Shown: positions 1 to 10,108 of the stretch, piece after piece
Position numbering within the stretch: position 1 is the stretch's first letter
How the letters are laid out: every line of letters begins with the position of its first letter
Assembly: GCA_001179505.1 (NCBI GenBank)
Contig: CDMY01000220.1
Location: 98,667-162,666 of the forward strand
Reading direction: 5' to 3'
From: Vitrella brassicaformis CCMP3155
Taxonomy: Eukaryota > Protista > Chromerida
DNA length: 64,000 nt
Made by a program: the position numbers and the translations under genes
Notes under the pieces: model-generated
What the model saw: only the letters and a program-made list of their open reading frames with translations
What the model was told of the DNA's origin: nothing
Databases searched by the model: none

Positions 1-46
1 GCCCACAATTTCGTCCTGCGGGCTTCGCCGGGCCGAATGCAAAAGT

Positions 47-1906
47 ATGACTGCTAGCGGCCACGTGTGGCTGCTGCACACTCTCCTGCTGGGTGTGTCG
101 CGTGGGCTGGAGCTGCCCCGCTTCCCTGATGGCTCGCCATGGTTGGTTCAAGCCGTTGCCCCTCGTCAACCCCGCCCCCGTTTCTCTCCTTGATGTATTT
201 TCGACAGGAATGAGGACGTGACCAATGCAGCTGTGCACCCTGACAGCGCCAAAATCATCAGCTGGCTGTCAAGCGCAGGCGGCTGGGGGAACAACAACCT
301 CTTCCAAATCGGTCGATTGCAGCACATACGTCAAAGCGAATGTCGATTGCAGCAGTCACTATGTGTTCTGACCGACTTGCGTTCCGTTGGTGCAGATTGG
401 TCGATGACGTTGCTACAAGTGGGCTGCAACGATGTCACGGAAGTACCATTTGTGCCCAAGAAAGACTACTACGAGGAAGCATGCGACAATGTCGACGGAG
501 TGCCGCTGCCCGCTGACGGCTCAGGGGCGCTAGAGAGCGGCGAACGCACATGGAAGGAAGGCTGCAGTGGCGACTGCCATCTGCTGGTGTGCACACGTGT
601 GTCATACAGCGACGGGCGCAATGCATGGAAGAGGGAATGAAAAATCAGACACGCCTGTGTGTGTGTGTGTGTGTGTGTGTCTAGGTGCATGACACTTCGA
701 GGGATCTGCTGTACGAGAGCTGGGACACCGACGTGACGCTAGATGCATCCAAGAAAGTCACACAAGGTGAGAGAGACAGGCACATCGATACCATGCGCCC
801 AGCAATGTAACGTCTGTGTCTCTTCCCTCCCTCCCTCCCTCCCTCCCTCCCTCGTGTGTGGCAAGTAAGTGACCAGCACGTGTCTAGTGGTGTGGAATGT
901 GTCGCATCTCTATCCGCCCGACGGCCGTGGGGACGGATGCACCTCAGCCGACGCTGCGGGATTTCCCATCGCTCCACTGCTGTTCACTGCCGACGAGATC
1001 GAGAACGGTTCTATCGACCACGCCATCCGATTCATCCTGCCCAACAACAGAATGCGCGCTGGTGTGATGTCCTCTGACTGACCGACACACACGCATGGGT
1101 AGTTGGGGCGATGTATATGTGCACACAGGTACCTACATGCATCCAGCGAGCCACTATGGCGGCCCCCAGGCCACTGATGAGGACTCGGTCGTCTACGGCA
1201 GCAGATTTCGCCTCAAGGCCGAGTACGACATCAGCGGCTACAAGCAGGGCGCACAGGTGGTCCTCCGAGCACTCAAGAAGGTGGGTCTCACACCAATCAA
1301 CAGACATCGATGACAGAAGGATGGCTGGACATGCGTGTCTCTCTGCGTGTGTGTGCAGTATGGCATGCTGTTGTCTGACGGGGGGAATATTGCTCTCACT
1401 GCTCTCAATGATGACTACTCGGGCTACCAGGGCGCCAAGTACGCTGCTTCTGGCTTCGGCACACGAGACCTCCATGGCTTGCTGCCAGTGGTGAGTTCAC
1501 ACAGCACATCACACACGGACCCAGCTTGAGATGCGTGCCACGCATGTCACGACATGCTTCAGGACTTTGAGATGCTGGATGGCACACTTAAAGGGCCTTT
1601 CAACAGCCGGCCAGCTTGTGAGCGCAATGACATCCCACTCGACCTGCAGGCCCCGTGCTTACCAGACAATGGCCAGGGGGATGATGGGTCAACGCCCACA
1701 CCCACACCCAATGGAAATGACGGTGAGCAAACGAAAAAGGAAGAAAGACGCTTCTTTTCTCATTGTCTTTTCTGAATGGATTCATCGGTCCAGGCAGCAC
1801 CCAACCGCCGGAAAAGGACAGTAGTAGTGTCTCGTCGCGTGTGGGTAGCGCTGGGTGGGTAGCGACAATCGTCCTGGGATGGTGGGCTCTGCACTGCCTT
1901 CATTAG
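47..1906 (+). CDS. Secreted, probably GPI-anchored protein of an uncharacterised, mostly bacterial family (multi-exon)
   Basis: ATG at 47 with signal peptide MTASGHVWLLHTLLLGVSRG. GT-AG introns (142-207, 312-395 and others) join FPDGSPWNEDV...GGWGNNNLFQIDWS...GDCHLLV...CTSADAAGFPIAPLLFTADE...IDHAIRFILPN...YGSRFRLKA...ALKKYGMLLSDGGNIALT. The last exon ends in a Ser-rich then hydrophobic tail (SSSVSSRVGSAGWVATIVLGWWALHCLH*). Motifs recalled from myxobacterial/xanthomonad hypothetical lipoproteins; no search was run. Confidence 0.8.
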
Positions 1907-2185
1907 TTAGCTCCTGCAAATGGACGGTTCCCGGGTAGGGGAGGGGGGATTTATTTCTACATAGGGAGGTGGAACAACCTGAGACACTATTCACCCATGC
2001 TAGCCCACGACGCAGCAATCGACGCACGACAAACGCCATGCAGCTTGCCACCCCATAGATCCCGAGGAGGACTCTCGACCGAGGAAAGGGGAGGAGACAG
2101 ACTCGGAGACGCCGGGAAACCATGGTGGGGGCGCCCCGGGCCCGATCAAGAGCACGGGAATCAGACTCTGCTTCATCCTTTGACA

Positions 2186-3859
2186 ATGCCAGCCATTCCT
2201 TTTTCCCCTGCAGTGGCCCTGTTGGTTTCGACGGCCTCGTTGCTTTGCCTTTGCAATGGCAGCTTCGAGTTGAAGGATCATCGGGGTAAGGCACGTGGGC
2301 CAAAATACGGCGTTCCTTCTTCCAGGATCAATGAGTGATGCCTGCCTGCCTACAGGGCAAAATGACACGTGTCCCGTGATGTGGAGGTGAGGTAGCTGCG
2401 GCCGATCTAGTCGGGGCTACGCACTTTAATGGAAGGGCCTTCACTGCCTGTGTGTCTGTGTGAGGTATCTGGACTGCCCCATGAGGACTGCGAAATCATG
2501 TGGAGCCAAGGAATCCAAAATAACGCTTACTAAGTACGCATCCATGCAGACAGATGCGCTCATTGAAGGGAATCCGGTTTGCGTCTTGCAGGGACGGTGA
2601 AGAGAGGAGCATTCCTGAGTACAACTCCGAGCTCTGCCGATGCGGAACGAGCCGAAAGACAGGGCAGTACGGATGCCACGTAAGCAGCTGGCACTTGCAC
2701 AGGCCTCTATCTGTATATTCTTGTGTGTTCGCTGCGCAGCTGGAGAGCGACCTGACGTCCGCCTCTCCGCCTTCGCACGATACCTGCCCCTTCATGGATC
2801 ACGTGAACACATGCGCTGCTGGTGAGGTTGGCTGAGACACACACGCTGTGCAAAACATAGCTTTGCGCTGATGCATGTGTCCACACGGGCGTGGCGCTCA
2901 GATTCGAGCAGGAAAGCCCTCTGCGGCGCGGACCGATCTTACACGAAGGCCGGGTGAGTTCTTTGTGCCTGTCTCCAGGGAGACACGTGGATATCATGGT
3001 TTCATGTCTCTCTGACGTATGCAGCAAGGAGCTGCCCGACCACCTGTCCGGCGACCCGTGTCACTGCGGCACACACAAAGAAACTGGCGAGTACGGCTGC
3101 CATGTCAAGAATGATCTCGCCACACCAAGCCCCTGTGAGATGACCATCCCTGGCGAGTGCTCTTCCTCTGATACGCCTTGTAAAGACATCAAGGGAGAAG
3201 TGCCAGATGGTACGGGTGGATGAATGGATGGCTGCAAACGTGGATTCGCTCATGCGTGAATGTGGCTGTCTACGAATGCAGAGACGGTCGAGGTCGAGTG
3301 CGTGTGCGGCCGATACCCCCCTGTCTACGGCACTGTTGGATGCTGGGTGGGTGAATGGGTTGGTGGGTGCAGGAAGGGGGTCCGCATTCATCGTATGCAT
3401 GTGCACGCGGATGTATGTGCGTCGTGTGCGCAGCCCAAGACGTGGGTGAACAAGAGCTTTGCCCCGGGCGCTCGCAAATGGAGGCCCGTCAAGTTCCCTC
3501 GTATACGCAGTCACACACACACGCAAAGGATCGATAACACTGTGCTTTGTGTGCACATGTTGTGCTGGATGTGCTTGCAGACAGCCAAGGACGTCCTCTG
3601 GTGTCACCTCCTTGACTGTCCTTCCTGGACAGCAACGACAACCACAGTATGTACGTCCGTGAACATATCAATGATGCATTCGTTTGGGTATGTAAGTGTG
3701 CTACATGTGTGTGTATATTGCTGCAGACCCATTCGATCGGACAAGAAAGAGTGCGGACCTTTAGACAGACCCACGGGCCCGCCCAGAATGTCTTCGTTGT
3801 TTTTGCTCACATACGCCGTATATGAATGTGTGAGAGACACAAAGGAACACACCAGCTGA
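2186..3859 (+). CDS. Secreted Cys-rich protein with three internal repeats (multi-exon; 3' end uncertain)
   Basis: Signal peptide MPAIPFSPAVALLVSTASLLCLCNG. Spliced exons give repeated CRCGTSRKTGQYGCH / CHCGTHKETGEYGCH / CVCGRYPPVYGTVGCW. Final exons were not firmly resolved. Confidence 0.6.
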
Positions 3860-4652
3860 GACATGAACTTGGTTGACCTTTGAGAACATGCATTTCACAC
3901 ACATGAATTACGTCGAACCGTCCTACGCCATCCAACGGACATCCCCTCTCCCACGCCCCATCCCCACCCACCCCCACCACGACGACCTACTCCATCGGGG
4001 TGCCGGTGTCAGTCAGAGTGGGGGGAGGGCGACGATGGCTGGTTCGCCAGCAGTTTTATCAACTGGGACCTGGCGTATTGGGAGAGGAGAGGGAGCGGCA
4101 GTGCGGGGGGTGAGGAGCGCATTTGTCCACTGCCCCGCCCCCTCTTCCGTCTGAAGGGACGGAGGGAGGGAGGGAGGGATGGTTATCAGACACACACATA
4201 CACACTCTCTCTCTCTCTCGATCTCTCGATCTCTCGATCTCGATAGCACTGGGAGGGTTGAGGGTATCGGGCAACCGGCAGCAGAGTAGGATTGGCGCTT
4301 ATTGGTGGGCGGGTGAGGGGTGTGTGTGTGTGTTGAATCGATGTGTGTAGAGCTACATGATGGTCGTTTTGACTCCTTGTCTCGCCTGCCTAGTCTGGCT
4401 GATGGAGGGTGAGATGGGCGACGAAGGGCCATCCATCCATCCATCCATCTGTTTTGTGTGCGGATGGACGCATGTTTGTGCATATGAATGGGGCTGAGTG
4501 TGTGTGTGAGCGTGTGTCTGAGACTTCCCTCCTCTCGATTCACGCATCGATCAGATTGCACCAACCGCATGTCGTCCTTTTCTCATGTATCGCGATCGGT
4601 TGGTCAGTGCAGAAAGGATCTACACATACACACCATCAGCACGCCGACTCTA

Positions 4653-6008
4653 TCACAGCCTTGACTGCATACCCCCGGCCACCACAAGGCACTCCCCAGT
4701 GACATACGCCGCGTCACACGAACACAGGAATGCGGCCGGCCCTGAGCGCAGGAAGGAGACCAACAAACGACACCCATGACACACACGCCGACCGTCCACT
4801 CAGCTCACCGCATTGCCTACCAGCGATATCATCCGCTTCGGCGAGGCGCTTGAGGAACGTCCTCTGTATGGAAATGTCGGCCGTCGAGTCCTCCTCCCAC
4901 ACTGGTTGATTGCAACACACACACATGGACACGCCGAACAGTGTCTGCAGGCGATCTGAGTGATTGCATGTGTGAGTCCCTCACGTGCCGACGAGAATCG
5001 TGTCTTGACGACGCCAGGTGCGATGCAGTTGACGCGGATGCCCCGCTCACCAAGCTGCACACACACACGCCACACCAAGCCACGCCAACCATCGGTTGGG
5101 AAAGCAAAGACAGGCACACCTGATGGGCGAGTGCCTTGGTAAGGCCCAGCAGGGCCGTCTTGGTGACGCCGTAGATGGCTATCGGGTCGGCCGGCTGGAA
5201 GGCCAGATAGGACGACACAAACAAGATCGAGGCGCCATCCGCCAGATGAGGCACCGCATCCTGGATCAGGAAGAAACCTATCAGCAAAGCATACATACCG
5301 ACAGTCAGCTGGACGCGACTCGTGTCTGTCTGTCTATCAGGTTGTCTGCTCACTGCTTTTGAGGTTGGTTTCCATCATTTTGTCGTATGCCGTCTCGTCT
5401 GTATCCAACACGGAACCCATAGCGGTTGACGCTGCGGCGTTGGACACCAACACATCGATGCGACCCTTCCTGCACACACACATTCATTGGTTCATTCATT
5501 CGTTCATTTATGGAGAGATTCGCGAATCTGTGCATATATCCACCCACGCACCATTCGACAGCAGCTTGCACCAGGCGTTGCCTGTCCTCCCTCTTGGCCA
5601 CATGGCAGGCCACCCCCCTGACGCTCAGGCCCTCCCGCTGCAGAGCCACCACTGCCTCGTCAACGTTCTTGGCTTTGCGAGAACTGATGACCACGTCGGC
5701 ACCCTCCTGAGCCAGCCGCCTCGCAATGACGTAGCCGATGCCTGCGAGAACCAACAGCACAGCACAAACGAGGCCACGGCAATCGATGGGTCTGCCTCTG
5801 TCCGTGTTGCACGTGTGCATGTGTTGTCCTTACCAGCTGTGGATGCTGTGACGATTGCCAGCTTGCGCCTGCACCACACGAGGCGCAACACACGCTGTCC
5901 ATTTCTCACGCAGCACAGCCACGAGGAGGTGCACACACGAAAGCAGTTCTCAAACGTGATCTCATCTAACCTGAATCGGCTGCAGTTGCAAGCGCTGTTG
6001 GTCTGCAT
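4653..6008 (-). CDS. DHRS4: Peroxisomal short-chain dehydrogenase/reductase, DHRS4-like
   Basis: AIVTASTAGIG cofactor motif typical of DHRS4, DVLVSNAA, catalytic YGVTK, RVNCIAPG, and a C-terminal GGMQSRL* (PTS1) ending at 4653. Multiple GT-AG introns. Confidence 0.9.
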
Positions 6009-6342
6009 CCCCAACGAAGAGGAAAAGACTGCCAAGCTCGCAAGTGGTTGTGATCGAATTCATCACCCTTGATGAGGACGAGTGAAGCCGACATAATGGG
6101 ATGCACTCATGTTTCATTGAGTGTAGGACCGTCTGTATATGGACAAGTACTGCATGCATACAGCCGGATGCATGCGGACGCTCCCGCCCCTCTGCTATGC
6201 TGCGCTCACTCACGGATCGCAAGCTTGGTCAGATCCGAACTCGATCCGAAAGTGGAGTCAGGAGAGCAAAGTTGGCAAGAGAGCCGACCATTACAAGCAC
6301 ACCTAGCTATCCGATCGCACCGATAGTTCCCCAGCTGACCCA

Positions 6343-8077
6343 TCACGGCCTGCCTGCACCGAAGTATCCCCCCTGTGTGAGGACTGATGGGTCGGTGGTG
6401 AAGCCCAGCCCACCGCCAGGCCCACCCACCCCCCTGCTGCTGCCACTGAACGCACTGCTGGCCTGGCTGAGGACGTTGGCGTGCTCTTTGGTGGCCACTG
6501 TCATGCGCCACACGGCCGAGAGGGCCTCCGACTGCTTGGCCACCAGCTCCAGAAACGACGTCAGAGACGAGTACGATTCATCTGATGGAAGGCGAGAGAA
6601 GGGGAGAGAGGGAGATTGGAGGGGCGAGCGGCGGTTTCGTTGGTCGCTCACCTTCGTTCCTCTTGAGTTTTGTGCCCTGTTCGTTCTTCTGGCCCGTGAG
6701 CACCTGGACGCTCTTCCGCAGCACCATGACGTGGTTCTGTCCATCAGGAAACGAAACACAGAAACGAATGCGTTGCGTGTAGTGTAGTGTGTCGTGTGGT
6801 GTGGTCGGTGGTGGCTTGATCCTTACCGCTATGTCGGCCGGTTGCTGGACCTTGGTCTCGAGTTTGGCGTAGTCGTCAGCCAGCGATTGCTGCAGGCATA
6901 CAAGACACACACATTTCGGCTGCCGATGGATGGATGGCTTCATCGTCGCTTACTTACCTCAGCTTGCCGGTTGTGCAACACGTTGCCCTGCGATTCGGCG
7001 AAGGCTGCACGCAACACTCATACAAAGCAGCATCAGACGCGCACTGAGATGGGGCAAGTCCCTCCAGACGGATGGATGGATGGATTGATGGATGGATGGA
7101 TGGATGGCTGCGCCGCCCTGACCTTCTAGCTGTGTGTGGACTTTGGTGAGGAGGTTGGAGATGGCCATGTGCCGCTGGCGATTCTCCTCCAGCTGACGCA
7201 GAGCGGTACAGATACACAGGAACACAACACAACACAACACAGCACAGCACAGCACACGTGCATGTCTTGGCCCGTGGATGTGTGTGCACCTTTGACTGAC
7301 TGACTGACTGACCGACTGACCAGTCTGAGTGTCTTTGTGGTGAACCCCAGCTCCAAGTCCTGCAGACGCTTCTTCTGCTTCTGCATCCACACACGCAATA
7401 CCACCGAGATGCGTACATGTCCATGTGTGTCCCTCCCTGGCTGCCATGGGCTGGCTGCTCGCTCACCGCTTCCTCTTGCAGCACCTGCTCCGTCATGGAC
7501 TTGGCTTGGTTGAACTGACAAGACACGCACGGGTCGACACACACAAAGCAATGCAACCACATATAGCGCCCTTCCCTCGCCTCTCTGCCTGCCCATTACT
7601 GCCTGAATCTGACTCGTTCGTTACCCGCTGCTCGAGCTGTTCGAACCCATAGATGACGTCGGGGTGAATCCTGCACACACGCACACGAACGCGGGCGTCA
7701 TGATGCATGTGTTGCCGGTGTGTCATCGTGGCTCACTCGTTTGGGTTTGGGTTTCCCTGCACGGCTCTTGACCACTTGTCGGGCGCCAGCTGAATGGCGT
7801 CCGGCAGGCCCTGCAGCTTCTGCTGCAGCACCTGCTTGTTGGTCTGGTATGTGTAGCTGTAGGCGAGGAACCGGGGGTTGGGACGCTCAAGGGCGGTCTT
7901 CCTGGTCTCTATCTCCCTCATGTACTGCTGCTGCGCCTCGTTCTGCTGGCTGGTCATGCCCAGCTGCCATGGCTGCTGCTGACCCATGACTCCCATCTGC
8001 ATCTGGCCTCCAAAGAGGGATGGAGCCTGCTGCTGCTGCTGCTGCTGCTGCTGTTGTTGCTGGAAACCGCCAAACAT
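6343..8077 (-). CDS. NUP54: Nucleoporin Nup54/Nup57-like protein
   Basis: N-terminal FGG/polyQ low complexity, then WSRAVQGNPNP...PDVIYGFEQLEQRV matching the Nup54 W-x-x-A-x-x-x-NP...GF-x-x-L-x-x-R pattern, followed by coiled-coil exons. Assignment from recalled motif. Confidence 0.7.
8027..8062 (-). repeat. (CAG/CAA)12 polyglutamine tract in the Nup54-like gene
   Basis: Directly visible ctg/ttg run encoding 12 Gln after MFGGF. Confidence 0.95.
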
Positions 8078-8692
8078 CGCGCGAGTAAGTGGAAAGGGTG
8101 AAACCCGAACCCTATGGACCGAACCCTATGGATGGATGGATAGAGACACATACGCCACGCATTCAAGCAAATCGATCGATGCATCTGTCCATTGTAGAGA
8201 TACAAAAAGTCTGATTGGCTGAAAATAAGATCATACACAAGTCCGATTCTCGCCGACAGGGCGGCCAAATGAACAAACGATGACACATCAGAGGCAGAGG
8301 CACATACACACACACACACGCGCACAAGACCGAAAGCACACGATAGGGCTCTGATTTGCCCTTCTCATTTCCACTCGGCTACTCGTACGGAAACAAATAA
8401 CAACTGACTGCAGACAAATGAATAGGAGAAGTCTATCTGTCTGACAGAGATACTTCTTCTGTCTGCCCTCCACAACCGCACAAATACACCACAATATCTC
8501 ACTCAACGAACGCAGTGTGCGGGGCTCTCACCCCGCATACACACATACACAAGTACGCAACCACAGATATTCGACATGAAACTGAACTGAGCCAACTCGA
8601 CAGACAGACAGACAGGCACCACGAAGCACACCATTCCCCTCCCATGAATTATCAGCCAGAAGCTTGTTGAGTATGGACTGTGACCTCCGCAC

Positions 8693-10042
8693 CTACGGTG
8701 CCATGAGCCCCTCCATCGCTTTTTGGATGGCCTCGATCGGACCGTGCGATGCCTCCTGCTCGCCACTGGGACCGCCCTCAAGACGACCGACGCGCCCGAG
8801 CACACTCTCCATCGTCTTCATGAGGTCCTGGATGACCCCCATCTGCGTGTAGACCAGCTGCGTCAGGTCGATGGTCGCGATCTCCCCGGCCTCAGTCTCC
8901 GCCCCGAGCGCACCGGCTTCCAACGAGCTAACGGCCCGTGGGAAGAGCTCCTGGACCTCAGCGGCAACCAGGCCGAGGGTGTCGCCGTCGGTGCGCACAT
9001 TGAGCTGCCGGAAAGCCGCATAGGCCGCCGACCGGTTGTGATCGTCCCACTCGGCAATGGATGCAGAGGGCTGTTCGCTGTCGAGGCTGTGGACCTCTAA
9101 GGCACCAGCAGACACGCGCCTGCGTACATCCAAACCGTTGCACCAGCATTTAAGTTGAGCACGGAAGGAATAACCGTCAAAATTCGAACCAATATTCTCA
9201 TTGCCAAGCCCTATGCCTGCATGGTCGAACAAAGCACCAACGAAACAGACCGGGATGTGGAGTGACCTAGCCAGCTACATGACAGCCTTAGGGCTTACGA
9301 GTCGCACGCATGTCACCCGCCTCCGTTTGACCCAACCGCATGCCCACTTCTTCGCCAGGGACGCCAAGCGCGAGGCCTGCATGGTCGAACAAAACAACAG
9401 ACCGGGATGTGGAGCTCGAGTGAGCTAGCCAGCTATGTGACAACCTTAGGGCTTACGATTGGCTGTCACTCCATCACTGATGACGGCACTTGGGGCTCTC
9501 ACACTATTTTGTGCATGGACTTCACCGACGCCCACCACAGTAAGATTCACATTGCCTGCGATGACGGCCCAATCGGCTTTCACATTGTTGTCCGCAACCT
9601 GCATCCATCCATCCATACGTGCAGCGCAACACACACAGATGTACGCAGTGGTGGGGGTGGTTGGGTGCCCATTCACCCACCACATCGCCATTTGCCACAC
9701 TCCAATCAGGGTCTTTAGCAATGATTTCTAATCGACACACACAGACGAAACAGATGTGGATAGAGGTTGGCTGGCTGTAGATGGCTGCTGCTTCTTACTG
9801 TCACAGCTGTTCCGATTCTCAGGGTTGCAGGCGGCGCATCCGTACGGGACGGATCCGAGGGCGAGGCAGCGGCAAGGAGGAAAGAAAGACGAAGGGAGGC
9901 TGACGACATGGTGCGTGACTTCGAAATGGAGGAGGGCAGCAGGAGATACCAGCGGTAACGGACCCGTTACGGTCTGCCCTATGATAGGGCAAGAATTGAA
10001 ACCGATCTCTGAGCTCGCATGGACAAATCGGTCAAAAGGCAG
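8693..10042 (-). CDS. Beta-helix-like repeat protein with C-terminal Peptidase S74 / intramolecular chaperone-like domain (start uncertain; may be fused to the TTLL gene)
   Basis: Spliced translation VADNNVKADWAVIAGNVNL...ANRLALG...ATRIGLG...AFRQLNVRTDGDTLGLVAAEVQELFPRAV...IATIDLTQLVYTQMGVIQDLMKTMESVLGRVGRLE resembles the S74 consensus (G-x-IAQEV-x-x-x-FP-x-x-V ... terminal coiled coil). Confidence 0.65.
9217..9456 (-). repeat. Two near-identical introns (9377-9456, 80 nt; 9217-9298, 82 nt) separated by a 78-nt exon
   Basis: Both read gtaagccctaagg-(c/t)tgtca-..-tagctggctag...ctccacatcccggtctgtt...tttgttcgaccatgcag on the minus strand. Both are phase 1 inside an Arg codon. Confidence 0.9.
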
Positions 10043-10108
10043 CTGACGAATTATTCACCTATCCACTGAGTCATTCACGCACTCGTTCCCCATCCGTCCA
10101 TGTATCAG

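Noticed and set aside
4205-4245. (CT)n and (CTCTCGAT)n tandem repeat
   Set aside because: Ordinary microsatellite between convergent genes.
9715-9909. NDT80/MYRF-type DNA-binding domain upstream of the S74-like region
   Set aside because: Only a vague VTVRSS resemblance, which falls across a likely splice donor. No other NDT80 motifs are present.
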